Assembly (NCBI RefSeq): GCF_030028105.1
Contig: NC_092379.1
Coordinates: forward strand, 26,281,821-26,345,820
Length of the DNA: 64,000 nucleotides
From: Mobula birostris
Taxonomy: Eukaryota
Direction: 5' to 3'
Positions 26,122 through 39,714 of the stretch are shown piece after piece. Both the position numbers and the translations under genes were made by a program. Under the pieces are notes generated by a model. It worked only from the letters and a program-made list of their open reading frames with translations. It made no database searches and had not been told where the DNA came from. Positions within the stretch are counted from its first letter, which is position 1. Each line of letters begins with the position of its first letter.

Positions 26122-29100
26122 TTTTTAGGAACCGGCAACAATGAATATCAATCGAGACAGGTTATATAAAAAGAACCAAATATTTATTAATAAAAACTAA
26201 ACGATAAAGTAAAAAAGAAACGAAAACTTTAACCGGAAGTTAACCGCTATGCAGCCGTTCCCCAACTCGCCACACGGCACTGGCTCTCAAAGCGTTAAAT
26301 GCGAAAACAGTTCGTAAAGCGATAAAGTCATATATAGTTCTCAAAGCGATAAATTCGAAAGTCAAACAGATTTTTTCGTTCAATTGGGAAAGACATCTCT
26401 GGAGAAGGATGTCTTCATGGAAGCGACTTTTCTGCTGGTTCTGTCCACGGGATTCAGGATGCAGTAAATAAACAGTTTAAAACAACAGAGCTTTCATTCC
26501 TTTAGAGAGAGAGAGCACACCTTTGCATGAACTCTTTGCTCTTTTTGGCAAGTGTTATCCCCGATACAAGTCGCTACCCCTCCAAGGAAGACTCAATAAG
26601 GTCGATCCTTTATTAAACTGCCAAACGATGCCGACTCCTGTCGATCCTTCGGTCCTTTACTTCGATACGTTCCTCACTCTCCCTTCTACTCTTGGAATTG
26701 GGTAAATCAACACATCTAGCAAACATGTCCAGTCCAATAATATGGTATCTTGCAATAGAACACAAATATCCGTTTTAAAAATGAAACTGCGTCACAAAAA
26801 CAAACACGCAACAGAAACGGAGACACAACACGTTCTACCTGGAAATCTACAAACTAAAAAAAAACACTGCGTCATCTGAATCGACCCTTATATAGTCATG
26901 GTGCACATGTCATCACGTGATCTCACATCGGCGGGAAAATCACACCAGGTGACATCCAAAAGACCACTACATCATTCTCACAAAAAATACACAGATTTTA
27001 TTGAGCATGCAACATTTACCTCCAAAAAAAAGGCATCTTAGAGAACAATTTTTAGCAACTAACCATTTATGCAAAAAATAAAGGCTATAAAATTTACAAA
27101 ATACACAATATATGCACAATCTTATCTTTCAGCCCTTTACTAACTAATGTACAATAGGAGTGTTACAAATGTTAATATATCACACCTAAAAAATAATCAT
27201 TGTACATTTAACATCTAGACAAATAATCAGCGATCACATTGTCTTTATCTTTAATATGAGTGAGCAAAATATTGTATTTCTATAACATTAGACTGTTTTA
27301 TTAAACTAGAGTCTAATTTTCTTACCCCTTTTCCTTAACAGTCACAGTGGCATGACCAAAGTCACTTTCAGCTAAGTTAATAGTTAAGTTAACTTTTGAA
27401 AGTCTCTCAAATAATTACTCCACAGCCTTAATATGTGCTTTTCACGTATTATTCCCCATAACCAAATCATCAATATAGGCATCTGTATCTTCTAATCCCT
27501 GAATCACGTTATTAATCATCTTCTGAAAAATACCTGGTGCATTCTTTTTCACAAATGGAAGAACATTATATTCATATAACCCAGATGGGGTAAGAAATGC
27601 TGACATCTCTCTACCTCTTTCCGTCAACAATCTTTTAACAAATCAATTTTTGTAAGGAATTTGGCCAGCCCAACTTTATCCTCACAACCATCTACTCTAG
27701 AGATCGGATGTTCATCAGTCTTTGTGACAGCATTCACCGTTCTGTAATTCGTGCAAAAACGAATACCATTGTCTGGCCTAGGCACCATAACACATGGTGA
27801 GAAACAATTCGAATTAGAATGTCTAATAATATCATTTTCTAACGTATACTTAATTTCCTGTTCGGCAAGTTCATATTTTCCCTATTGATTCGATACGGAT
27901 GTAGTTTTATGGGTTTTGCATCTCCAACATCAACATCTACATTGGGTTTAAATTGAGTTTCAGACAAATCCTTCAGTAAGTTTTCATCACGATCCGACTC
28001 ATTATTGATCACAACCGTCATAGCAGCAACCTCTCTCTCATAATACAGTTCTATCATAGTTATATGACACAGCTGTGATGTATTTCTCCGATCTGAGGTT
28101 ATTACCATATAATCCACATCATTTACCTTAGATTTGATCTCATAAGGACCACGAAATTTGGCTTGTAATGCGTTCGTTTGCATTGGGAAAAGAACCAACA
28201 CTTTGTCTCCGGGCTTAAATTACCTCATCCTAGCTTCCTTATCATACCACGTCTTCTCTTGAGCTAACTTTAAATTTTCCTTGGCCAAGCTACAATCTTT
28301 ATACAATCTGTCTTTAAATTTGGAAACATAATCTAGCAAATGAGTGTGTACTTCTTTAATAATCCACTGTTCCTTGAACAACGCCTCGAACAAAAGTTCA
28401 GAAGGACTAAAACCTGAGGATTCCTGTACTGCCTCCCTTTCTGCAAAAAGTAGTAAATGTTTACCTTCATCCCAGTCCTTTTCATTTTCCACACAGTTGG
28501 TCGTAATCACAGTCTCTAGTGTAGAATGGAATCTCTCCAAGTTTCCTTGTGAATCTGGATGATAGGCTAAGGATAAATTTTGTTTTGCTCCCAATTGATA
28601 TCCTACCTGCTGAAACAACCCCAACATAAAATTACTACCTTGATCTGATTGTATTTCCTTAGGCAACCCAAAATAAGTAAGGAATTTTATAAGAGATTTT
28701 GTCACAGTTTTCGTTGTTATATTCCAAAGAGGTACTGCCTCTGGAAACCTAGACGCTGTGCACATAAAAGTTCATAAATATTGATGTCCAGTTTTAGTTT
28801 TTGGCAAAGACCTACACAGACTACAATAATTTTTGAGAACGGCTCACCAAATACAGGAATTCGTTGCAGTGGGGCCACTGGAGTAACTTGATTAGTTCTA
28901 CCGACAATTTGACACGTATGACATATTTCTACAAAATTTCGCCACATATTGTCTTAAACTAGGCCAATAAATATGTTTAGAAACTTTGTTCGTAGTTTTC
29001 TTTACACCTAAATGACCACCCAAGGGAATACAATGAGCCATAGTTAAAATTCGGTAAATTTTTGGAGCTACTACCTGATGATTAACTTCCCAATCCTCAC

Positions 29101-31084
29101 TAGCAGAAATTTTAGGTGATCTCCACTTTCTCATTAATATCCCCTTTTCAAAATCATTTCCAACTGGTACTTTTTCAATTTCACTATCTGGAAGAGCTTG
29201 TTCTTTTAATTTAACTATCTCAGGATCTCTACCCTGCTTTGTTATCATCACCTTCCGAGATAAAGACAAATCTTCCTGATCAGACATACAAACAAAATCA
29301 TGATCAACTAAGGTAGATAAGGAAGTTTCTGATACATCCTCAAAATTCGAATCTTGATTTGAACTGTCATGGGTAACAACCTCATTCTTTATATCAGTCT
29401 TTTTTAGCCATAGCTCTTCATACAACACAGGAAGAACCTGTGTTAGAATTCCTATGTGGTTCCTCAGAATCTGAATTTATTGACAAAGGTATTTCAGGAA
29501 AAACCTGTCCACCTGCTAAAATCATTCCCTATCAAAAGAGAAACTTCATTCACAGGTAAACTGGATTGTAGTCCTACTTTAACAACCCCTGTACCTAATC
29601 TTGACCTTAAATTTACTCTATGTAAATGTACTGGCGTAAAGGCACTCCCTACTCCTGGTATGTAATTTACATTTTAATTATCAGACTCATCACTAAACTT
29701 TAGCACACTGTCTAATATTAGTGATTGCGAAGCTCCAGTATCTCTAAGTATTCTTATTGGTACTGAATGGGATCTTTCTTTCAAAGGTGCAAATCCTCCT
29801 GTTATACAAATTTCATATCCCTTTTTAACTTTTTCAGTCTCTGACACATCTTCATTAGTATTTTCTAAACCCTGTTGCTTTACAGGTTTTTCAATATGCT
29901 GCACACAGTATATGGGACCACTTCTTTCTCTTTCTTCTTCAATCGGAAGAAATTAGCTACTACATGTCCAGGTTTCTTACAATAATTACAAATAATACCA
30001 AAATGTCTTTCCTTCACAGGTCCCCCTTCATCCTACTTTATTCCACTAACTTCAGATTTACATTCTGGTTTACGTTGACTCTCTGTGCTATTTTTCCGTT
30101 TAAAAAAAAATATATCTGGAGAAAATGTATTCTTCTGAATTAAAACATACTCATCAGCTAATTTAGCAATCCCCTGCAATGTAACAGTGTCCCGTTCATT
30201 TAATGATGTTCTCACTTCAACTGGAATGCTTCTTTTAAACTCCTCCTGCAAAGTCAGCTCTTTTAATTTGTAGTACTCCCCATTCACATTTTTAGAGGAA
30301 ACTCATCCCTCAAAACACACAGATTTCTCATAGGCAAATTCCACATAAGTTTTTACCACCGATTTCTTCAAACTTCTGAATTCTTCTCTATACACGTCCG
30401 GAACCATCTCATATGCCTTTAATATGTGCTGGCTAACAATGTCATAATCCAGTGTTTGCTCAGCATTTAAAGCTGTATAAGCTTGTACTGTCTTTCCTTT
30501 AATTACACTTTGTCACATCAGTGGCCATTGGTCTTTCGGCCACTTAAACTCAGAGCAACAATTTCGAAATGCTGGAAATATATGTCCACATCACCTTCAC
30601 TAAATGGAGGAGCCAAAATAACCTCACGACTAGCAATTATCTGTTTCGTAGAACCAGAAGACTGACTCCCGGAGTTTAATATCTGCATCTCTAGCTCGAA
30701 TTTCCTCTGATTTCAGCTTCACTTTATTTAAATTCCTTTAATTTAGTAGCCTCCATAGCCTCTAATTCCTTTTGTTCATTTACTGCTTCTAACGGACTCT
30801 TTTACAAATCAGCTTCTAATTGTTTTAACTTTATTTGTTCAAGATGGAACTGCATTTCCAGATTATTCATTGGAAACTTATTTGGCACCTACTCATCAAA
30901 TAATTCCAAATTAATATAATGTTCAGTGATTTTTCTTTGTATGAAAGCCTTGGTGGAATTTCTCGTAATTCATTTAATATCCAACTTCCTGGCAATCTCC
31001 AATACCTCAGGTTTTCTTGCATTCTCTAAAGATTCCAAGTCAGGCGACTCCATACACCCGTCAACATACATTGTTGCCGAATAC

Positions 31085-31085
<1 letters not shown>
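26122..31085 (-). mobile_element. Gmr1-like gypsy LTR retrotransposon, copy 1 (3' LTR ~26122-27014; 5' LTR and PBS missing)
   Basis: Minus-strand order: gag (LQEEFKRSIPVEVR; C-YC-KPGH knuckle ~29950-29990), protease ILRDTGASQS (~29730-29760), integrase AHCIPLGGHLG...C..C and core (28220-29050), RT KNAPG.FQ...AYIDDL (27442-27630). LTR matches 43840-44744 and 49065-50001. Confidence 0.9.
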
Positions 31086-31123
<38 letters not shown>

Positions 31124-31150
31124 CAATTAAACAAAAAAAAAAAAAAAAAC
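31084..31150. repeat. (CA)n plus poly(A) tract at the truncation point of Gmr1-like copy 1
   Basis: Read directly; further (CA)n/(TG)n tracts occur at ~4680-4700, ~18234-18257 and ~51079-51102. Confidence 0.95.
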
Positions 31151-31154
31151 TAGT

Positions 31155-32610
31155 ATTTCACTTTTCCAAAGCAGTGAGGACGGGAGAGATTCCGGAGAAC
31201 TGGAGTGTCGCGTATGTTGTCCTTTTGTTAAAGAAAGGGAATAAGGATAGCCCCGGAAATTATAGGTCAGTGAATCTTTCTTCAGTGGTTGCAAATTTGA
31301 TTGAGAAGATCCAGAGAGACAGGATTTAGGAACATTTGGGGAGCCATAATATGATTAGGAACAGTCAGCATGGCTTTGTAAAATGCTGGTCGTGCCTTAC
31401 GAGCCTAATTGGAGTTTTTGAGGATGTGACTAAACACATGATGAAGGTAGAGGAGTGGAATTAGTGTTTATGGATTTTAGCAAGGCATTTTAAAATGTTC
31501 CCCATGTAAGGCTTATAGAGAATCTAATGAAGCATGAGATCCAGGGGGACATTGCTCCGTTGATCCGGAACTGGCTGACTCACAGAAGGCAACGAGTGGT
31601 GGTGGACGGGTCAGATTCTGCATAAAGGCCGGTGACAAGTGTGTGCCTCAAGGATCTGTTCTGGTACCCCTACTTTTTGTAATTTTTTTATAAATGACCT
31701 GGATGAGGACAGGAGGAAAGGGTTAGTAAATTTACTGATGACTCAAAGTTCGGGGTGTTGTGGATAGTGTGGAGGGCTGTGTGAGGTTACAAAGGGACAT
31801 TGATATGGTAAGACACTGGACTGAGAAGTGGAAGATAGATTTCTACCCAGAGAAGTGTGAGGTAGGTCATTTTCGTAGGTCAAGTACAATGGCAGAATAT
31901 AGCATTAATATTTAGACTCTTGGCAGTGTGCAAGGTTAAAAAGATTCTGAGGGTCAGAGTTCATAGGACACTCAAAGCTGATACGCAGGTTGAGTCTGTG
32001 GTTAAAAAGTCATTCGGTGCTTTGGCCTTCATCAATCGTGGGAGTGAGTTTACGAGACAAGAGGTAATGTTGCAACTATAAGGGACGTTGGTCAGACCCC
32101 ACTTGGAGTACTGCCCTCAATTCTGGTCGCCTCACTAGTGGGAGGACGTAAAAACCAAAGAAAGAGTGCAGATGAGATTTACAAGGATGTTGCTTGGATT
32201 TGGGATCATGCCTTTTGAGAATAGGTTAAGTGAACTAGCCCTTTCTCCTTGTGCGACGCAGGATGAGAGGTGACCTGATGGAGGTGTACAAGATATCGAG
32301 AAACATTGATCTTGTGGATAGTCGGAGGCTCTTCTCCAGGGCTGAAATGGCTAGCATGGGAGGACATAGTTTAAGGTGCTTCGATGTAGGTACAGGGGAG
32401 ATCTCAGGGGTGTGTTTTTGAAGCAGAGAGTGGTGAGTGCGTGGAACGGGCTGCCGGCGGCGGTGATGGAGGTGGAAAAGACAGGGTCTTGTAAGAGACG
32501 CATGGGGCTTTGAAAGATAGAGGGCTATAGTTAAAGTGTAGGTAGTTCTAAGGTCGGAACATGTTCGCCACAGCTTTGTGGGCCGAAGGCATTTATTGCC
32601 TGTTTTTCTA
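31155..32610 (+). mobile_element. CR1 LINE, 5'-truncated, decayed RT
   Basis: KKGNKDSPGNYR.V, QHGFV...SCLT.L, RMRGDLMEVYKI remnants and 3' tail. Confidence 0.85.
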
Positions 32611-33540
32611 AACGATATTCTCCAAATAAAGTACACAATATCAACTCCGATGCGACGCAAATAAAGAGAGATCAGATACTTAATAGGACAAGCCATCAAC
32701 GTAACTGTGGACTTGGAGCAGCTGGTTGAGGCTGGCTGGTCCTGTTCTTGAAACGAAGACTGTAGTTAATTGTTGTCTTTTACATACCTAGTCGTCGTTC
32801 AATTGGAAATTATTGTCTGTTCATTTCTCCTCGCTTTTCCGATACTGGCGCGTCCCTGCTTTTATTGTCAGACAAGAAACGCATTTCGACTTTAATAAAG
32901 GCAGGCGTGATGCGATGCCTTTCAAGAGGGTATACTAGGCTAGGAATTACCCGTTATGTGGTAGGTTGAACTCTGTAGAGCAGAGACCAGTGGGTAAAAG
33001 TGCATATTTCCTTGGATATGGCTGCAGATGTGGATGGACTGAAAAGAAGGCATATGCCTTGCTTGCCATCACCGGTTTCGATACTAAGATCAGGAGATGG
33101 TACCACTATTATAACTGCAAGGCAGCATCAATAATAATTCGTGAAGTTCTATTCGCCATAATGTCGGAAGGAGGTAGTTGGATGCAGAGGGTGCACGAAT
33201 GACTTACAAGGATTTTGAAAGTACTGCAATGTCTCCGTTATCAGAACAAACTAGGTACGTTCAGCAGAAGAATAAAGACCGGTGAACTTTTGAAAGTTCA
33301 AACATAAACAAATATTTTTGTTCAGTTTGAGGTATGCATGAATGTATGAGGAATATTTGTGTACCTAGATTATATTATAAAAGTTTGAGAAGGTTCACAA
33401 ATGTACCCTCATCAGAAAAGACATGCATTGAGGTAAGCTTGGCAATGTGTACTCAGAATTGGCCTCCCCACAGCCAGCTTGGTATGATAACAAATAGCCA
33501 TTATTGGACAGATTTAGAAATGAGAGACTTGCTTTTAAAA

Positions 33541-33590
33541 AACAACAGCAACAACAACAGCAACAACAACAACAACAACAACAACAACAA
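33541..33590. repeat. (AAC)n microsatellite with AGC variants
   Basis: AACAACAGCAACAACAACAGCAACAAC... read directly. Confidence 0.95.
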
Positions 33591-35499
33591 CGTGGGCGTC
33601 CTATTAGAACAGAGATGAGAATGGATTTCTTTGGCTCCAGATTGGGGATTCTATGCTATTATTTGCATCAGAGCTGTGTACGCCAAATCTGTATCTATAT
33701 ATGAGACTGAGGTTGATTGATTCTTGATTGGTCAGGATAAAAGCGATACGGGGAGAAGAAAGGAGTTTGGGACCGAGCGGTAAAACGGATCAGCCATCAT
33801 GAAATAGTGGATCGAGCTCAGTAGGCCCAAATGGTTTAAGTTTTCCCCCATGTCCGTTGTGTTATTCACTAAATGAGGTGCTTCTGGTACGGTGTGCACC
33901 GAACGTAGATTGTGGGACCAGTTTATCGTGTAAATTCGTTCTGTCTGCAACAGGGCAGATGTCAATGCATCCCAACCATTTTAATTTCATTACCAAAACT
34001 CTTCCAACATGTCGGTGGTGCCCACTTCTTCTCCTATCCTGAGGAAACACCCCAAAATCGGTTAGGATAGCGTCTAACATGATGGCATGAGCATCGATTT
34101 TGCCAATTTCCCGTGATTTGATCCAAGTATCATTCCCTCCAAATCCATTTCCCAATTCAGGCTCCGATCGATCTCTTTTTTTCCTCACCTCACTTCCTTT
34201 TCACTCTTCTTAGGTGTCATCCATGTTGCATGCTTCTTTCCTATCTGATTTCTTCTACTTACTTCAGCATTTTGCCTTCTCCACCTACGATCTCCCAGCT
34301 GGTCAATTCAAGTCCCTTCCATCCTTGACACCAGCTGGCTTCATATCTCAACATCCTTGTTGTACTTCTTCTCCCATCTACCTTCTTATGTTCCCTTCTT
34401 TCCTATTCCTTTCCAGTTAGGAGTAAAATCATGCATTTTCTGTAAGATTGATGATGTCTCCATTACCAGAAGTATTCAGCACCATTCACAGAATCTCTAC
34501 CAGCGCATTCCGATCAATTTATCTTTGTAATGGTAGCTCGTCGCATTTAAGAAATGAGAGACGACATTTAGTGCTATATTTTTAAAAGATCTGCAGTGCA
34601 TTAAACTATATACTCGCAAAAATAAGAAACGCCTTGGACATTCTTACCCGTGTGGAATAAAGGATTTTCTGTCACGACTCGAAACCGATATTTCAATTCT
34701 TGCTATAAATTATCTAGCTCAAGGATCACACTGATATAGAGCTGCTGTACTGCATACAAACTAGGTTTAAAGACAAATAATAACAAGTTAAACAGAATCC
34801 TTATCCTCATGTTGGGAATTGGTCATCATGTTTTACAGGATCGTTTTACGGGGGTTTGCATGTATGAAAGCGATTCAGTCGGATATTACGCTAAAAATGA
34901 TACATTGATACCGATGGTTCAAAAATGAGTATATGGATAGGATGATTGCATTTGCCTTCAACAAGTCTCATCTCTAGCGAAATGCGAACAGGAGTCCATG
35001 TTTAATAATTCCGTGTAATTTAATTACTATAAAGCACCCATAGCATGTTCTCAGTTGTGCTTCTTGAACGTGACAAATCTAAATTCAGTGACCCGGGGCA
35101 TTCGGAACTAAATGAGAAATAGGGCGACTACAAGACCGAACTGCAGTTACTGAGCAAAGGATGAGATAGGCGGGAGGAGAAGATGGCGGCGCAACCCTCC
35201 GGTGAAAAAAAGATAGTGTATCTGTTAAATAGGGGCCGTGGACAATTCTGACCTAATGGAAAATGGACGTGAGAGCACAGAGGAACATCTGGAGAAATTC
35301 CTGAAACGCCTGATCGCTGCTGTCGTTACTGTGTGGTCGGGAATCTTTCAGAGGACAGGCCTCAAAATCCCCAATTTTGCCTGATTTTGGCGACCAAGGA
35401 GGAGGTCGAATCGTTCGGACACAGCTGGCGCTCGGTGTCGGAGAACTGATCAGTGCTCGTAGTTTCGGATGATTTAGAGTCGGATTGTGGTTGTCATGT

Positions 35500-38400
35500 C
35501 AGGGAGAATTTTTCTTCCTTCTACTAAATTCAGAAATTATAGATAAGATAGAAGGCACAGATTTCCTAGAATCTGAAATATAAACTAACAGGCCATGTGC
35601 ATTTAATGAAACCTTGTGTACTGTGTCCCTTCTCTTTATACCCTGAACATTGTTAGAATCTCTATGTGCAATAAGGCCAAGTTAAATCATTAAGGCATAA
35701 GAGGTCATCCCTGTCGAGTACCCCTATGTAATCTAAAATAGGGAGATTTTTGATTGTTAGTTATAACAGCAGCCATAGCAGATTAAGGATCGATTTGATC
35801 CAGGAAATAAATCGCGGGACAAAGTTAAATATTTCCAAAATCTCAAATAAGTAAGACAAATACACCCTATCAAAATCTTTCTCTGCATAAAGAGAAACAA
35901 CTCATTTAGATCATTTAGATGAAGAAGTGTGAATAATATGTAATATTCTTCGTATATTAAAATGTGAATATCTATTTTAATAAAACCAGTTTGGTCATTG
36001 TAAATAACAGTGGATAAAGTATTCTCAAGTCTATTGGCCAAAATCTTAGAGAGGATTTGAAAATCCACCTTCAATAGAAAAAAAAAAAAGATCGGTAAGA
36101 GGCGCATCCAGATAAATCTTTATCTTGTTTTAGGAATTAAATATACTGAAGCTTCTTGGAATGTTTTCGGGAGGGTCCAAGAGAGTATAGAGTCAGTGAA
36201 CATTTGACATAAATGAGGTATAAGTACGTCAGTAAAAGTCCAATAAAATTCCACTGTATATCCATCCGGTCCCGGAACATTAGCTGATTAGAGAGAGGAT
36301 ATAGCCCTTGTATTCCCTTTTGTTTAATAGGTGCATCTAATGTACTCATATCGTGAATAGAAATTTTAGGTTTATGCACTTTTTACAAAAAAAATCTATT
36401 CATAATTGTAATATTATCTGAACATTCAGACTCCTAAAGATTATAGTAGAAATCCATAAATATCTTATTAATTTCACTAGGAAATACCGTTGCAGGTCTA
36501 TCAGGTCTTCTTCACTTCTGGATGTGAGTTCCATCGATACTTGCTTTTAACTGACCAGCAAATAAATTACCTGCTTTATCTCCATACATATGCAATTGGA
36601 TTTTGGATTTTAAAAGTTGCTGTTCAATGGGAAAAGTCAAAAGCAAATCATGGCCTGTTTGGAGTTCCACCCTTTCCCTAAAGAATCTTCACTTGGCGCT
36701 ACTGAATAGAGTTTATCTATTTCTTTCATCCTATTAGTGATCAGAAAAAAATGTCTGCCTTAATTTTCCTTCTTGAACCTACTGAACATGAAATTATCTG
36801 TCCCCTAAGAAAATATTTCATCATATCCCAGATAACCAAATTTGACATTCCCTCAGTTGCATTAAATTAAAAAAAAAAAAAAAAATCTTTAATAGAATTT
36901 ACAACATTTGAATCGTGCAGCAATAAAATATTAAATCTCCACAGAGGTACGGGAATATTGTCAGAGAATTCCAATGTTAGTTTCATAGGTACGTGATCTC
37001 CCAGCACAATCACATCATAGGCATACTCAACAACAGAGGGCACCATCGCGTATCCAAGAAAACATAATCAATTCTTGAATATTTATGGTATACATGATAA
37101 AAACAAACAAAACATCATTTTTCTTTAGGAAATTTAAATCTCCAAATATTGACCAGACCGTATTCTAATAATAAAAAAAATAATACAGGTCGCAGCTTTA
37201 TTAGGGAGTGAATGATTGGTGAAGGATCTGTCAATCAACGGGTTAAGACAACACCGCCCATAATAAATTTATCGTCATTTATATTCAGCAATAGAAAAAA
37301 TAGCTTCTTAAAAAAAAAACAGGGCTGTCTATATTATGTGCACATACATATACCAAACCCAAATTTCAACCACACAACAAGCCAGGAACAATTAAATATC
37401 TTCCAATTAAATCAGCAACAGTATTAAAATGAACAAAAGGGATTTTAGAATTAATAAAAAAAAGATACCCTTCTTATTTTATTTACTGATAAAGATTGAA
37501 ATAAGGACCCCTTCCAAAATTTGAAAAAGCGATTTTCATTTTGTCTACGGATGTGTGTCTCCTGCGCAAAAATAAAATCTGCATGAAGTGTTTTTAATTT
37601 CTTAAAAATCATTTCACCCTTAATAAATTGGTTCATACCGTTTAAATTCCACGATATTATATTGATTTTATGAAGATTCGTACTTAAAAATTAATATAAA
37701 CATTTTATAATGTAATCCAACGCGCAGGCGCAGCCCGAATCTGATGAAAGGGGGAAGCTTGACTCGATCAGAAAGAAATGCAAGATGATTGGCAAAGCAA
37801 AAAGCCACATTACTGCCCAGTCGAAAGAAAACTAACCTAATACAACTACCCACCTCCCACAAAAAGCCCAGATATCGTCCAATATGCTAACGACATGCTA
37901 ATCTATTGACCCTTCAACCCTGTTTCCAGGTGGCAGCTCCATTTACAAAGTAAAAAGGTACCGCCATCAAAAAATACATAACAAAGAATACATAAAGAAG
38001 TAAAGAATTCCAAAGATTTTCATATTATGACTAACAGTAGTTATGACCATCTTAAATCCATTTAATATACGCAGCCATGTATTTAAAAAAAATAAATTCA
38101 ATCAACAAAAATATACAACTCTTATTAAAGACTTACAAATCAAAGAAATGCAAGTATATATATATAAAATTCAGAACTACATTAACTGTTAAAGCGAACA
38201 ACAACGGATCTGAGTAAGTTAACCAAGTCTGTATGTGAACATTGATAACACGAAGAGCGGACTTTCATCAACGCCGTTTCAAACCACTCCCAGCTAAGGA
38301 TCAACTCTTCAAATTGCTTACGAGGTGGGCTTAAACACTTTTATAAATTTCCAACCTTCTTTTGGAGAGTCAATCCGTTTTGGACGCGCACTGGGGGCAA

Positions 38401-38725
38401 TAATCATCAGGCATTCCGGGTAACGCAGCGACGGGCGACAGCTCATTAAAAGAAAAAAAAAAAAAAAAATCCGCTATCACTTCCCGATATTTCATTCGCT
38501 CGGCCTAAATCCTAAATCTCTGGGGCAAAAGTTTCCACTAGAGCAATCTTAAATTCATTATAGACGAGCTTATCCCTTTTCCTTGCATTCCGAAGAAGAG
38601 CTTCATCGGTTATAAAATAATGCAAACATAGAATTACAGGACGTGTCTTAATTTCGGCTGATGGTTTAAAACGCTGAATTGATGGCCTCTGTCCAATATC
38701 GATAGGCTTCGAGAATGTCACTAAA
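35500..38725 (-). mobile_element. L1/Tx1-type LINE, internally deleted and decayed
   Basis: ORF1-like RPVILCLHY...ALLRNARKRDKL.Y (38512-38721), APE endonuclease ADFIFAQETHIR (37451-37636), RT VDFQILSKILANRLE..DQTGFIK (35757-36107) and RGTRQG (~35700-35730). Confidence 0.85.
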
Positions 38726-38729
38726 AATT

Positions 38730-39520
38730 CGGCCTCGCCAATACCTTATACAACCTCACCAGAACAATCCAACTCTGATAGTCAGTACTTTGATTTATAA
38801 AGGCCAATGTACCAAAAGCTCTCATTACGACGCTGTCTACGCGTGACGTCACTTTTAGATAATTTATATCTATTTTCCCGGATTCCGCTGTTCTACTGCA
38901 CTCCTCAGTGCCCAGACATTTACCTTGTGTGTTATACCTTGGTTTGTCCTTCCAAATTGCAATACCTCACACTTGTCTGTATTAATCACCATTTGCCATT
39001 TTTAGCCCATTTTTCCAGCTGGTCCATATCCCTCTGCAAGTTTTGAAAAACCTTCTCACTGTCCACTACACCTCCAATCTTTGTATCGTCAGCAACATTG
39101 CTGATCCAATTTACAACATTATCATCCAGATCATTGATATAGATGACGCATAACAATTGTCCCAGCACTGATCCCTGTGGCACACCACTCGTCATTGACT
39201 GGATCTTCCTAACCAATCTCCCATGCGGGACATTGTCAAAGGCCTTACTGAAGTCCATGCAGACAACATCCACTCCCTTCCCTTCATCCGCTTTCTTGGT
39301 AACCTCCTCAAAAAACTCTAATGAATTTGATTAACATGACCTACCACGTGCAAAGCCATGTTGAATCTCTTTAATACGTCCCGGTCTGTCCAAATACTTG
39401 TAGATCCTATCTCTTGGTACACCTTCCAATAACTTAACAACTACCGACGTCAAATTTGCGGGCCAACAATTTCCGGGATTATTCTTACAGTCTTTTGTTG
39501 AAATAACGGAATTCAAATTC
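38730..39520 (-). mobile_element. CR1 RT fragment
   Basis: MDFSKAFDNVPHGRL...GVPQGSVLG...NDLDD..VADDTKIGG (38986-39273); same subfamily as 21345-22745. Confidence 0.9.
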
Positions 39521-39714
39521 GGGATTCATAATGTACCCCCAGAAGCATCCTCCCTCCTGATTTCTAGTATCTTATTTTTTTTGGAATTCCTTCAATTGCG
39601 TCTGTAATCCAAGGTTATTCTCAAAATGTATTAGCATTTGTAAACCCATCTTCTCTAGAATTGTCAAGCATCCAGATCAGGCTTACATTCATTCAGCTTG
39701 GGTGGGACTAGGCA

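Noticed and set aside
27343-27349. CACAGTG heptamers here, at ~45074 and at ~2297
   Set aside because: They lie inside retroelement coding remnants and have no nonamer at 12- or 23-nt spacing.
33334-33704. Poly-Q and poly-N ORFs
   Set aside because: These are translations of the (AAC)n microsatellite.
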